A DNA stretch of 64,000 nucleotides from Marinilabiliales bacterium (GTDB taxonomy: Bacteria; Bacteroidota; Bacteroidia; Bacteroidales; SZUA-534). Positions 1-10,737 of the stretch are shown here, one piece after another (within the stretch, counting starts at the first letter, position 1; the number at the start of each line of letters is the position of its first letter). The stretch spans positions 54,087 through 118,086 of the forward strand of contig DOTG01000004.1 in assembly GCA_003512955.1 (NCBI GenBank), in the 5' to 3' direction. The position numbers and the translations under genes were made by a program. The notes under the pieces are model-generated. The model was not told where the DNA came from and did not search any database. It worked only from the letters and a program-made list of their open reading frames with translations.

Positions 1-3000
1 AGATAAAGTAGCAGGTCATCTTTCCATTCTTGAGCATAACACGTTCCATGCCTAGATTTAGAGCTTTCCAGCGCAACCGGACAATCTTTAGAAGTTCCTG
101 GGTAGGTTCGGGCAAAGGGCCAAACCTATCGGCAAGGTTAGATTCAAATTGTGTCAATTCCTCCTCGTTCCCTAAGGCATCAAGCTTGCGGTACAGATTG
201 ATCCGTTCCGGGATGCTGCTGATATATTCATCGGGTATAAGCAACTCAAGATCGGTGTCAATAAAGCAATCGTTCACAAAACGCATCTGGGCCAACGCTT
301 CCGGGCTAATTTCGGCATGATCCGTGGAAGTTTCCGGTTGGTAAGCTATATCTTTAAGTTCGTTTTGCCTGAGTTCTAACAAGGCCTCATCCAGAATTTT
401 CTGGTAAGCTTCAAAACCCAAATCACCGATAAACCCGCTCTGTTCGGCTCCCAAAATATTGCCGGCTCCCCGGATATCCAAATCCTGAAGGGCAATGTTA
501 AACCCGCTTCCCAGTTCCGAAAAATCCTCAATGGCTTTCAAACGCCGCCGGGCCTCGTTGGTTAATGAAGTTATCGGTGGAGCCAGCAGGTAACAAAAAG
601 CCTTCTTATTTGACCTCCCCACACGCCCCCGCAATTGGTGCAGGTCGCTCAACCCATAATTTTGGGCTTGGTTGATAATGATGGTGTTGGCATTCGGAAT
701 ATCCAACCCCGACTCAATGATAGTAGTAGCCACCAACACATCGAACTTTCCGTTGATAAAATCGAGCATCTTGGTTTCCAGAGTTCTTCCCTCCATCTGT
801 CCGTGGGCAAACAACACCCGGGCTTCGGGATTTAACCTTGAAATCAGGTTTGCCACCTCGTGGATGTTTTCAACCCTGTTATGGATGAAGAAAACCTGCC
901 CGTTCCTACCCAATTCATAGTTGATAGCCTCCTGAATGATGCTCTCGTTAAAGGTGTGCAATTCGGTAAGAATGGGTTGCCTGTTTGGAGGTGGAGTGTT
1001 GATGATGGAAAGGTCGCGGGCACCCATCAACGAGAACTGCAAGGTGCGCGGGATGGGTGTGGCCGTTAACGTAAGCGTATCTACATTGGTTTTCAACTGT
1101 TTCAGTTTTTCTTTAACGGTTACCCCAAATTTCTGCTCCTCGTCAATAATCAGCAGACCCAAATCCTTAAAAGAAACCTCCTTCCCCACCAGTTTATGCG
1201 TACCAATCAGGATATCTATCTCTCCGGTTTTAAGTTTTTTCAGGATATCGGTTTGTTCTTTGCCTGTTCTCAGGCGGCTGAGGTAATCCACGTTACACGG
1301 GAAATCCAGCAACCTGTCCGAAAAAGTTTTATAATGCTGCAATGCCAAAATGGTGGTTGGCACCAACACGGCTACCTGTTTGTTGTCGGCAACAGCTTTA
1401 AAAGCTGCCCGTATGGCAATTTCGGTTTTACCAAAACCCACATCGCCGCAGACCAGCCGATCCATGGGGGTAATTTCCTCCATATCGGCTTTCACTGCTT
1501 TGGTGGCCTTCGATTGATCGGGAGTATCTTCATAAAGAAACGAAGCTTCGAGCTGCTGATTCATAAACGAATCATGCGAAAAGGCAAACCCCTTCAGGGC
1601 TTTCCGTTCGGCATACAGCTTGATTAAATCTTTGGCAATATCTTTTACCTTACTTTTGGTTTTGGCTTTCAGGTTTTGCCAAACAGCCGAACCCAGTTTG
1701 TGGACAAAAGGCTCCCCGGTATCTTTTCCTTTGTACTTCGAGATGCGGTGCAGCGAGTGGATGCTCACAAACAGCACATCGTTATCGCGGTAAACCAGCT
1801 TAATGGCCTCCTGGTATTTGCCGTTAATCTCCATCTTGTGCAATCCGCCAAATCTGCCGATGCCATGATCGATATGAACCACATAATCGCCCGGGTGCAG
1901 GTTCGTCAGTTCAGCCAGGGTAAGCGACTCCCGTTTGGTGAATCCGGTACGGATGTTGAATTTATGAAAGCGTTCAAATATCTGATGGTCGGTAAAACAG
2001 GCAATTTTCAGATGGTGATCGATAAACCCTTCGTTCAGGGTCTGATGAACCGACCGGAAATCAGCTTTTACATCACGATCGTGAAAAATGGCCGAAAGGC
2101 GATCAATCTGCTCCGGATTATCGGACAAAATATAGTTCTGGTAGCCATGTTGCTGGAAATCGTTCAAGTGGTTTGCCAGCAAATCGAATTTTTTGCGGAA
2201 AGCCGGTTGCAGTTCTGTATCGAACGAGAACCGAATGGTGCCGTCAAAATATGGGGTTCCCCCAAACTCAAGTACTGTACGGTTGGTAAGGCTCTGAATG
2301 AGCTCATCTCCGGTAATAATCACCTCGGGTAGTTTTTTGTCATCCAGCAACAGATTCGGTTCCGATGCCAGGTTTTCCAATATCTGATTCAATCGGTCTG
2401 CTGTGAAACGTAAATCGTCAAACGCAAAAAGGGTGGGTTGCCGAAAAAAATCAAACAATGGAATCCGCTGCTCTCCATCAAGCTTTTCCTGGATGTTTGG
2501 AATAATGGAGACTTTGGTTGGTGTTGATTTGGTCAACTGTGTTTCAATGTCAAAATAGCGGATAGAATCTACCTTGTCGCCAAAAAAGTCGATGCGGAAA
2601 GGTTCTTCCCCGGCAAACGAAAACACATCGATCAAACTCCCGCGCAACGCGAACTGGCCAGGTTCATACACAAAGTCTGTGCGCTCAAATTCATATTCAG
2701 TAAGCAATTCCAGAATAAAATCCATGGAAAGGGAATCGCCGGTTTTGATGGCAAAGGTGTTCGATGTAAGCCTCTCCGGGGCAAGCACCTTTTCCATTAA
2801 CGCCTCTGGGTAAGTAACTACCAAAAGCTTTTCGGTGACATTACTTATTTTATTCAGGACATCAGTCCGCAGCAGGATATGGGAACTGTCCGTTCGCCCG
2901 TACTGAATTGACCGTTGGTAGGAGGAAGGCAGAAATTCCACCAAGTCGTTGCCAACAATGGTTTGTAGGTCGTTATAAAAATAGGCGGCTTGTTCTTTGT

Positions 3001-3179
3001 CGGCAATGGTAATCACCAGATTGCGGTTGTTTTTGGTAAAAAACGAACCCACCAGCATGGCCGCCGACGAACCTTTTAATCCAGTAAGGTAAGCCTTTCC
3101 TTTTTTCTCAAGTGCCTGATGTATCTCTGTAAGTTGAGGAAGTTCCAGGTACCTGTTCTTTATTTCCAGAATTTTCAAT
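1..3179 (-). CDS. mfd: Transcription-repair coupling factor Mfd (3' end lies beyond the left window edge)
   Basis: Absent from the ORF track because no stop lies inside the window. The reverse strand is open from 3179 to 1. The reverse complement of about 1389-1457 reads LVCGDVGFGKTEIAIRAAFKAVA, the Mfd helicase Walker A. The reverse complement of 1-95 reads LLKIVRLRWKALNLGMERVMLKNGKM, typical of the C-terminal region. The only start upstream of the first ATG is TTG at 3179-3177, preceded by an in-frame TAA at 3194-3192. Confidence 0.9.
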
Positions 3180-3352
3180 TTCTTATTTTTTTACCTCGGC
3201 AAATTTAGAACAAACCTTGAATCCGCAGCATATTTTTAAATTGCTAATAATCATCCGATGACTGATTTTGCAAATAGTGATATAAATTGCTGTTAATTAA
3301 CAAGCCCCCGAAATTATCGGGACAGGCTGTCGGATGATACTTGCAGGTTTTT

Positions 3353-3389
3353 GAGAAAATAAAAAAGCCACCGGATTTTTCCTGTGGCT
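3353..3389 (-). terminator. Rho-independent terminator downstream of the 3415..3819 gene
   Basis: Hairpin AGCCAC(C)GG / CC(T)GTGGCT (3366-3374 / 3381-3389) with loop ATTTTT, followed on the minus strand by TTTTTTATTTTCTC. Confidence 0.7.
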
Positions 3390-3414
3390 AATTGAATGTA
3401 TGTTTTTTCATTGT

Positions 3415-3819
3415 TTATTCATTGCTTTCGCCATCATTTATGGCTATCAGGTGGATGGGGATTTTTTTAAGCTTGGCATAAATTTCACCTTCCGACAGAA
3501 TATCATCATCATCGAGGTTGTAATGCCACCGGATTTCAATGTTACTCCCCGATTTGTAGAATTCCTCCAACTTGGTCAATAGCAGCGAAACCATTTTTGC
3601 CGATGCCGAATTCAGGTAGTCTAATTTGAAATTGAATACCAAAGGTTGGTGAATTTTACCCAAATTTTGATCAATCCACTGCAAAACGGGCTCATACGTT
3701 TTTACCACATTTTCAGGCAACGACCGTCCTGAAATCTCGTAGATGTTGTTTAGCGGATCAAAAACTATCTGAGGCGTTTTTGTAGTCCGGTCCACTATCA
3801 ACGGGGTTATATTATTCAT
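3415..3819 (-). CDS. Small DUF1987/SiaC-like protein (family recalled from memory)
   Basis: 134-aa ORF. Its size, the pattern PENVVKTYEPVLQWID...FNFKLDYLNSASAKMV and the acidic C-terminus resemble the DUF1987 family. Needs an HMM check. Confidence 0.5.
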   Translation of the reverse strand: MNNITPLIVDRTTKTPQIVFDPLNNIYEISGRSLPENVVKTYEPVLQWIDQNLGKIHQPLVFNFKLDYLNSASAKMVSLLLTKLEEFYKSGSNIEIRWHYNLDDDDILSEGEIYAKLKKIPIHLIAINDGESNE

Positions 3820-3861
3820 AGGTTTTTATTTTGCTAAATAAAGGTACAATATACTAATTTT

Positions 3862-4377
3862 TCAATTGACATGATTTTTTTTTGACTTACCTTTTTTTAA
3901 GGATGAATTTTCCCGGTTCAATAGATTTCTGACGGTAATGTAACCAATGGCACTTACCAGAACTGCCCCCAGTACATAAAAAATCCCAATAAACAAAAAC
4001 AGCCAATACCCCTTTTGATCAGTGGCTACTTGATGGTTGATCCCGTGGTAAGCTTTGTTCATGTTCACATATACAAAAAGAGTTACTGCCACATAAAGTA
4101 AATTTGCCAACAAAATTAAATTTTTCCGGCGGGTAAAATAAAATCCCACAAAGCTGATTACTAACAATGGGACAAAAAAAGATATGTTTGCAAGGGTAAC
4201 GCGTTTTTGGAGCAGTAGAAAATCTGAAATAGATAATCCCGTTTGGTTTTCGAGGATGGTTGATTGCATGGTCAAACACAATTTTACTAAAAAAATACCA
4301 GCCACCAACCAAAGACCTAAAAAGACGAGTAAATTGATTTTTTGTTTATCCATAACCATAGTAAAAAGGTGCCCCAA
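3862..4377 (-). CDS. Hypothetical multi-pass membrane protein
   Basis: 171-aa ORF with four or five hydrophobic helices. No recognisable motif. Confidence 0.45.
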   Translation of the reverse strand: MGHLFTMVMDKQKINLLVFLGLWLVAGIFLVKLCLTMQSTILENQTGLSISDFLLLQKRVTLANISFFVPLLVISFVGFYFTRRKNLILLANLLYVAVTLFVYVNMNKAYHGINHQVATDQKGYWLFLFIGIFYVLGAVLVSAIGYITVRNLLNRENSSLKKGKSKKNHVN

Positions 4378-4592
4378 ATGTACAAACTTTTATTTAGTTT
4401 TCCCCTTTATCGTTAAATCCTATTTGACGGACTAATTATTTTAAAATCAGCCAAATTAGATGGTTGCAAGAAGTTTTCGTATTCAAAAAAAAATCTTTCA
4501 ACGACTTATGTAACCGTTCATCGGTTTTTTCTTCTTTAGTTTATCATACTGTCAGAAATTTGATTGTATAAAATCCTTAAAATGAAGAAGCC

Positions 4593-6872
4593 ATGAAAAC
4601 CCCAATGTCTCATCCCCTCTTTTTTTTATGCCTGATATGGCTGTATGGCGCACCTACCCATGAAGTAAAAGCACAACCATTGGTTCCTGTGGAAGTTGCC
4701 GCTTGCCAGGATTTTTTTGGTTCCATCCGTGAAGGAAAAATTGAATTAATTGAAGATTGCCTGAGCCAAAGGCCAGAATTCATCTCCCGTCCCGACGAAA
4801 ACAGGAAAACCCCGTTGTTGGTAGCAACCCAACATGGACAAACGGAGGTAGTCAAATTGTTGCTTTCAAAAGGTGCCTCGTGGAGCGAACTCACCCCAAA
4901 CGGACTGAATGCCTTACATGTGGCATGCAACTTTGGACAAACCGGGGCGGCAACACTTTTAGTGGATGCAGGAGCTCCCTTGAATGAGCCCACATCGCGT
5001 GGTACCTATCCTATTCATTACGCAGCAAACAGCGGAAACCTGGAACTGGTTCAATGGTTGGAAATAAATGGTGCCGATTTACACGCGCCGGGAGGCAATC
5101 AAAGCAATTTGCTGCACTGGGCGGCCATGGGAGGATCTGTGGATGTTTACAATTATGTTGCCTCAAAGAATTTTGATACCCAGGCTACCGACGGCGACGG
5201 CGATGGGATGCTCCATTGGGCTGCTACAGGGCGCAGTGCCACCATGGTAGATTATTTAATAAACGAAAGAGGGTTTTCCATCCATACCCTTAACCAGGCT
5301 AAAGAAATTCCATTGGAACTGGCCATCCGGTTCCGGCAATTTGAAACCGCCAAATACCTTTTTGAAAACGAAAAAGAATGGGCCTCCGACAATCATAAAG
5401 GGCAATCATGGCTGCATTTAGCGGCTCATTCCGGGTTTTACCCTTTTGCTTCGTATTTAATTGAAAAAGGATTTGCCGTTGACCTTTTGGATACCAACCA
5501 AATGACCCCTCTGTGTTATGCCGCCTCAACTCAGAACCTACAGTTGGTGAAATTATTGGTTGAACAGGGTGCTGTTGTCAACCAACCTTCTGAATCTATG
5601 TGCCAAAATGAGGTGACAACCCCGTTACATAGGGCTGCATGGAACAATCCTGCTATAGTAAAGTATCTGATTGAAAAAGGGGCCAATATGAATGCCCGGA
5701 ATTCTGAAGGACAAACGCCTTTGCACATTGCCGTTTTGGGCCGGGATCTTGATTGTGCCAAGATTCTGATAGAAGCCGGTGCTGATATAAATGCCCGTGA
5801 CACTTTAGGCAGAACACCTTTGCACCTTGCCATCGGACATAAAAAGCAGGATATTTCCAATTGGTTGCTGACACAAGCCGTGGATGTAACACTGACAGAT
5901 CATTTGGGAAAAACCGTTTTACATGAGGCTGCCATTGCCGGAATGGAGCAACTTATTGTTCCGTTGCTCTCAAAAAATGCGCCGACAACGTCATGCGATC
6001 GTGCCGGGAATTCACCCCTGTTTTATGCCAATTATTACAGCAATACTAAAACCGCCCAGGCTTTGCTCAAATGTGGAGCCAAAGAGGAGCTTTTTAGCGA
6101 TGCCGATTATTGCCACAAACCTCTGAAAAAGGGCGAAGCCATGGTTTGGTACCTCAACCATAGTGGCTTTGCTGTAAAAACAGCCCAAAACCTGTTGATT
6201 TTCGATTACTGGCAACCCGATTCCTGTCCCGATAATCCATGTATCAACAATGGTTTTGTCTGCCCACAACAAATGAAAGATGAAAAGGTGACAGTATTTG
6301 TATCGCACACGCATACCGACCATTATTCAAGAGGCATCTTTAATTGGAACTATCAGATTAAAAATATCCGCTATGTACTAGGATTTCAGGAAACCAATGC
6401 CCCGGTTGCTTACCAATATGTGGCCCCTCAAACCACAAAAAAAATCGATGGACTGAAAATCACTGCCATTGAATCGACCGATTCAGGGGAAGGTTTTCTG
6501 GTGGAAGTTGACGGTGTGACCATTTATCATCCGGGCGACCATGCCAACGGCTTGCGCGAAAATCCCACAGATTTTACTGAAGAAATTGATTTTTTAGCCA
6601 AACAAACCAGGAAAGTTGATTTGGCCTTTTTCCCTGTTACCGGATGCCGCTTCCGCGATAAGGAAGCATTGGTTCAGGGAACCTATTATGCGCTGGATAA
6701 ATTAAAACCCGGGGTTTCGTTTCCCATGCATGCCTCAGGAAACGAAGATGCGCTTTACCAATTTGTGGTGCGGGCAGATCAGGAAAATGAAAATGCAAAT
6801 TTCCAAGTCTTAACACATAAAGGGGATCGCTTTTATTATTCGCGAACGGAAATGAGTTGGTTTGAAAAATAG
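4593..6872 (+). CDS. Secreted ankyrin-repeat protein fused to a C-terminal metallo-beta-lactamase-fold domain
   Basis: 759-aa ORF with a signal-like N-terminus (LFFLCLIWLYGAPTHEVKAQ). It has more than 10 tandem ankyrin repeats, e.g. TPLLVATQHGQTEVVKLLLSKGA and TPLHIAVLGRDLDCAKILIEAGADINARD. The C-terminal ~230 aa carry an HxHxDH motif (VSHTHTDHY) and a later HPGDH. Confidence 0.8.
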   Translation: MKTPMSHPLFFLCLIWLYGAPTHEVKAQPLVPVEVAACQDFFGSIREGKIELIEDCLSQRPEFISRPDENRKTPLLVATQHGQTEVVKLLLSKGASWSELTPNGLNALHVACNFGQTGAATLLVDAGAPLNEPTSRGTYPIHYAANSGNLELVQWLEINGADLHAPGGNQSNLLHWAAMGGSVDVYNYVASKNFDTQATDGDGDGMLHWAATGRSATMVDYLINERGFSIHTLNQAKEIPLELAIRFRQFETAKYLFENEKEWASDNHKGQSWLHLAAHSGFYPFASYLIEKGFAVDLLDTNQMTPLCYAASTQNLQLVKLLVEQGAVVNQPSESMCQNEVTTPLHRAAWNNPAIVKYLIEKGANMNARNSEGQTPLHIAVLGRDLDCAKILIEAGADINARDTLGRTPLHLAIGHKKQDISNWLLTQAVDVTLTDHLGKTVLHEAAIAGMEQLIVPLLSKNAPTTSCDRAGNSPLFYANYYSNTKTAQALLKCGAKEELFSDADYCHKPLKKGEAMVWYLNHSGFAVKTAQNLLIFDYWQPDSCPDNPCINNGFVCPQQMKDEKVTVFVSHTHTDHYSRGIFNWNYQIKNIRYVLGFQETNAPVAYQYVAPQTTKKIDGLKITAIESTDSGEGFLVEVDGVTIYHPGDHANGLRENPTDFTEEIDFLAKQTRKVDLAFFPVTGCRFRDKEALVQGTYYALDKLKPGVSFPMHASGNEDALYQFVVRADQENENANFQVLTHKGDRFYYSRTEMSWFEK

Positions 6873-6920
6873 TTGCCATTGAAAATATAAGTCCGTTTAG
6901 TTAGCAGAAAAGAATATTTT

Positions 6921-6960
6921 AGTATCAAGTAGTCAGTATCAAGTAGTCAGTATCAAGATA
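6921..6960 (+). repeat. Short tandem repeat, 14-bp unit AGTATCAAGTAGTC (2 full copies plus a partial third)
   Basis: Direct reading: units at 6921-6934 and 6935-6948, then AGTATCAAGATA, which leads into dispersed repeat copy A. Confidence 0.8.
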
Positions 6961-7070
6961 TGAGATTGAAAGATACGAGACCAAAGACAATTAGCCAATT
7001 AGTTAATGAGCAAATTAGCATATTTTCCATTCTTCCAACCATTCAACAATTTAACCCTGTAACCATTACC
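6949..7070 (+). repeat. Dispersed intergenic repeat, copy A
   Basis: AGTATCAAGATATGAGATTGAAAGATACGAGACCAAAG...TTTTCCATTCTTCCAACCATTCAACAATTTAACC matches 10494-10598 in the same orientation. Copy A has two extra segments of 8-9 bp. It lies directly downstream of a + strand gene. Confidence 0.75.
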
Positions 7071-7135
7071 TGCTCTGTTCATTGCGGATAATTTTACCTA
7101 GCACTTATAAACCTTAACAAAACGATCCTGAAATA

Positions 7136-7861
7136 TTAACTCATCTGCTTTTTTAATAAGTTCCAATTTCGAAAGGTGAACCTGAAGATTCCTGCACTGA
7201 TGATTGCTAAGCCCAATGAGTAAATAAACCACGGGAAGTGGGCTGGTACAAATTGTATGGCATAATCCATAAGCTTTTGGCCGGGGACCCATATCTGTCC
7301 AAAGGAAAATACCTTTAACAAGTAACCCACATATTCCCACGTAAAAGCTACAATGGTAACCAGCGAACCAAAAACCAAAAACACCCACTCCCTCCAGTGG
7401 ATAAAGGTTTCTGGGTTTTTATCGGTAAAATAGTTGATACTCAGGCACAACAAAATCATCAGCAATGAAAGCAAAACAGGGGTCAACACCGGGCCTACCC
7501 AAGTGGTTGGCAGCAGAAACAAGATGTCCCAGGTCATCCAGCTTTCGGGCCAATTCAAGAGGAGCTTTAAAAAAACATAATAAAAAATATCCCAAATGGC
7601 AAAGCCGCTGATGAAGTATGCAAACTTTTCGGTACGCGTTCTACCGGCCAATACCCCAATGGCAATAAGCATGATAAGTGTAGCCGCTTCACGCAGGATT
7701 TCGGTTACTACTATATGGGTGTCCATCATTTTTAAGGGGAATGCAAACCCCTCGGGGTAATACAATTGGCGCAAATAAATCACAACGGCACTTTCGAGCA
7801 TCCCCATGGCCATACTGAAAAGGAATACCCACAAGATTGTTTTAAGAGTGGTGTTTTTCAT
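7136..7861 (-). CDS. Hypothetical polytopic membrane protein
   Basis: ORF 7136..7891. I prefer the start at MKNTTLKTILWVFLF (7861). It has about seven hydrophobic helices and no family motif that I recognise. Confidence 0.55.
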   Translation of the reverse strand: MKNTTLKTILWVFLFSMAMGMLESAVVIYLRQLYYPEGFAFPLKMMDTHIVVTEILREAATLIMLIAIGVLAGRTRTEKFAYFISGFAIWDIFYYVFLKLLLNWPESWMTWDILFLLPTTWVGPVLTPVLLSLLMILLCLSINYFTDKNPETFIHWREWVFLVFGSLVTIVAFTWEYVGYLLKVFSFGQIWVPGQKLMDYAIQFVPAHFPWFIYSLGLAIISAGIFRFTFRNWNLLKKQMS

Positions 7862-8333
7862 TACAATAGATTGATAGATTATTAGACACAAGACGTGAGA
7901 TAAAACATAACTTATTGAAAGCCATTACTTAAATATTTTGTTCATGCTTTTTACATATAACAGAATATCATTTACTTATAAAATTTAACGACTATTATCA
8001 TTAGGAATATTTAAAATAACGACAGAAAGTTAGATGTTCGTACATACTTTAAATTTTGAATGATATAAAATTATCCAAAGGATTTGTTTGAGACAAGTAA
8101 AAAATCCGTGATAATCTGCGTTGCAAAGCACCTCCGGTATCAGCGTTCTCATAAATAAACACACTGATAACGCGGATAAACCGCTGATTTTCGCTGCTAA
8201 AGAAAAATGTAATTATTAATTAGTCCGTACAGGATAACAGCCAATTGTTGATAGATGTACAGAAAAAATTTGACACCAATAGTCTTTCTCAGCAACTCCA
8301 ATTAATATACAGCATCCGATGGCTCTTATAAAG

Positions 8334-9275
8334 TTATAACTCTTTACCCTGGCTCACTTTTATCAACTGCATCACTTTTTGGATTTTTTCCTCCAGCGGG
8401 GCATGACCATCAATCCAGTGAATGGTAAAGCCATCTTTTTCCATTTTGCGGAAAAAGGTCATCTGCCGTTTTGAAAATTGGTGGATGGCCACATTCAGCT
8501 TTTCAAACATGGCATTGTAACTGAATTCTTTGGCTAAGTATTGGGCAATAAATTTATATTCAAGCCCATAGTAAACCAATACCTCGGAAGGAACCCCTTT
8601 GTTCAGCAATGCCTGCACCTCGTCAATCATTCCCTGGCGGAGACGCTCTTTGAGCCGCTCGGTTATCAGGTTTTTTACAGTTTGCCGATTCATTGCAATG
8701 CCAATAATCAACGTGTTGATTTCCGGATAAGTGAATTCTTTTTTGGAATGCCCGGCTTCATACCTGGCAATTTCAATGGCACGGATAGCCCTTTTCCTGG
8801 TATCAATATCGCTGGTATTGTGCAGGGGTTTCAGGGCTGCCAAATGAGCCGCCAGCTTAGGCAAGTCCCATGTTTCAAGCTCTTGCCTCAGCAATTCGTT
8901 TACCGGGACGTTAATCAATTGGTAGCCTTTCAATACAGCTTCGATATACATTCCGGAACCGCCGCAAAGAATTGGAAAACTGCCGTGTTCCTTTATATTC
9001 TTATACGCTTTTAAAAAATCAGCCTGGTATTCGAACACGTTGTACTTTTGGCCGGCCTCCAAAATATCTACCAAGTGAATTGGTACAGTAACTCCTCCAA
9101 TGATATAATCTTCCAAATCTTTTCCGGTGCCCAAGTCCATGCCCCGGTAAACCTGGCGTGAGTCGGCACTTATAATTTCGGCATTCATTAAATGTGCCAG
9201 GTGCGCCGCCAATTTAGTCTTTCCAGTGGCCGTGGGACCCATGATGGCCAACAAGTCGATAGGTTTTTCCTGCAT
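8334..9275 (-). CDS. miaA: tRNA dimethylallyltransferase
   Basis: 313 aa. P-loop GPTATGKT and SADSRQVYRGMDLGTGK, typical of MiaA. Confidence 0.9.
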   Translation of the reverse strand: MQEKPIDLLAIMGPTATGKTKLAAHLAHLMNAEIISADSRQVYRGMDLGTGKDLEDYIIGGVTVPIHLVDILEAGQKYNVFEYQADFLKAYKNIKEHGSFPILCGGSGMYIEAVLKGYQLINVPVNELLRQELETWDLPKLAAHLAALKPLHNTSDIDTRKRAIRAIEIARYEAGHSKKEFTYPEINTLIIGIAMNRQTVKNLITERLKERLRQGMIDEVQALLNKGVPSEVLVYYGLEYKFIAQYLAKEFSYNAMFEKLNVAIHQFSKRQMTFFRKMEKDGFTIHWIDGHAPLEEKIQKVMQLIKVSQGKEL

Positions 9276-9388
9276 GGTATCTATTCCAATGGTGTTACAA
9301 TCTGCAAAAATAAGCTATTTTTGTAACCGGTTTTCAGGCATTGAAAATAGATGCAGCCAAAAGACAAATAATGATTACTAATAAAGCA

Positions 9389-10009
9389 ATGAACGAAAAG
9401 ACCATTAGGAGACGGATGCAAGCACTTTTGATTGAACCCCAAAACGAATTCAGGGTGATACAATCCGAAAACCTTTCCAGCGGGGCTATCCTGAACCAAT
9501 ACATGTACCCGGTGCTGCTGATATTTATGGTCACCACCTTTATCGGGAGCATTGTGTTTGGAGCCGCTACGTTTTTAGAAGGTATCCTGATTTTTGTGTT
9601 CAGCATCTTGATAACCATTCCTTCGCTCTTATTGTCAATTTATCTGGGTATTTGGCTGCTTAAAAAGTGGATGCCCAAGATTTTAATTGATTATAAGCAA
9701 ATCCACCTTCATCTTTCCGACATAAAAACCCCCAACCTTGGGTCAAAAACATTCACGCTCATCTCCTACTCGTTAACTCCGGTATATCTGTCGATGATTG
9801 TTTCCGGGGTTTTTCCCAGGCTGTCAGATTTAATCAACCTTTTTGGGCTATATGGATTGGTTCTTTACTGGCAAGGTGCCGAGGTTTTATTCGGCTATCC
9901 TCTAAGAACCAGACGGTTGTTTGTAACAGTGAGCATATTCCTTTTTGTGAGTATTTTTGTGATTTTCAGGTACGGGATGAAAACCTTATTTGAATTTTTG
10001 ATTTTTTAA
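9389..10009 (+). CDS. Yip1-domain membrane protein
   Basis: ORF 9341..10009. Likely start at [21 protein letters not shown] (9389). It has five hydrophobic helices, and the N-terminal P..EF/W region is typical of the Yip1 family, from memory. Confidence 0.55.
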   Translation: MNEKTIRRRMQALLIEPQNEFRVIQSENLSSGAILNQYMYPVLLIFMVTTFIGSIVFGAATFLEGILIFVFSILITIPSLLLSIYLGIWLLKKWMPKILIDYKQIHLHLSDIKTPNLGSKTFTLISYSLTPVYLSMIVSGVFPRLSDLINLFGLYGLVLYWQGAEVLFGYPLRTRRLFVTVSIFLFVSIFVIFRYGMKTLFEFLIF

Positions 10010-10020
10010 AAACAAGTATT

Positions 10021-10479
10021 ATGAGGGCAACAAGCAATGTGCGGATTAAGAATAAAAAAGCAACTTTTAATTACGAAATATTAGAAACCTACACGGCGGG
10101 AATTGAACTTCTGGGAACCGAAATAAAGAGCATCCGCAACAATAAAGCCGGCCTGAACGAAACCTATTGTACTTTTGTGGATGGCGAACTCTATATTAAG
10201 AATATGTACATTGCCGAATACGAATTGGGAGGTTATGTAAACCATGAACCCCGCCGCGACCGTAAATTGTTGCTCAACCGGCAAGAGCTCAACAAATGGG
10301 AGAAAAAGATGAAAGAACGCGGTTTTACCATCATTCCGCTATCGCTTTTTGTGAATGCCAATGGCTTGGTAAAGATAGATGTAGCTTTAGCACGCGGTAA
10401 AAAACAATACGATAAACGCGAAACCATCAAAGATAAAGACAACCGACGCGAAATGGACCGGATGCATAAGGAACGTTAG
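10021..10479 (+). CDS. smpB: SsrA-binding protein SmpB
   Basis: 152 aa. [30 protein letters not shown] plus a basic C-terminal tail. Confidence 0.93.
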   Translation: MRATSNVRIKNKKATFNYEILETYTAGIELLGTEIKSIRNNKAGLNETYCTFVDGELYIKNMYIAEYELGGYVNHEPRRDRKLLLNRQELNKWEKKMKERGFTIIPLSLFVNANGLVKIDVALARGKKQYDKRETIKDKDNRREMDRMHKER

Positions 10480-10493
10480 GTTTTGTTGTGCTA

Positions 10494-10598
10494 AGTATCA
10501 AGATATGAGATTGAGAGATACGAGACCAAAACCAATTAGTTAATGAGCAAATTTTCCATTCGTCCAACCACTCAACAATTTAACCATTTAACACCTAG
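10494..10598 (+). repeat. Dispersed intergenic repeat, copy B
   Basis: Matches 6949-7070 in the same orientation and starts 15 bp after the smpB stop. Confidence 0.75.
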
Positions 10599-10737
10599 AA
10601 GAATTTAAACCTTAAAGAAACCAGATTGAATTCAACGAACGGTACGTTTGAGATTAAGGTATTTCCTCCGTTGAAGCAATCGTTTTTTTCAAATTCCCAA
10701 ATTTTTCCTATTTTAACTTTCCAAAATTCAAATCAAT

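Noticed and set aside
30-2813. A series of + strand ORFs (30..320, 635..835, 1196..1627, 1676..2332, 2574..2813 and others)
   Set aside because: All lie antisense to, or out of frame with, the continuous minus-strand Mfd reading frame. That frame carries unmistakable helicase motifs. These are shadow ORFs.
8100-8205. Intergenic stretch with recurring ATCAGCG/CGCTGAT and GATAA motifs (GTGATAATCTGCGTT...GGTATCAGCGTTCT...CTGATAACGCGGATAAACCGCTGATTTTCGCTGC)
   Set aside because: It contains only short 6-7-bp inverted matches. There is no second copy in the window and no convincing hairpin, RNA motif or ORF. It cannot be interpreted from this window alone.
10480-10737. Search for tmRNA (ssrA) next to smpB, and for other structured RNAs (RNase P, SRP) in the larger intergenic regions
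   Set aside because: No tRNA-like 3' end (GGTTCGAATCC...CCA) or other conserved core was seen. The region instead holds copy B of the dispersed repeat.
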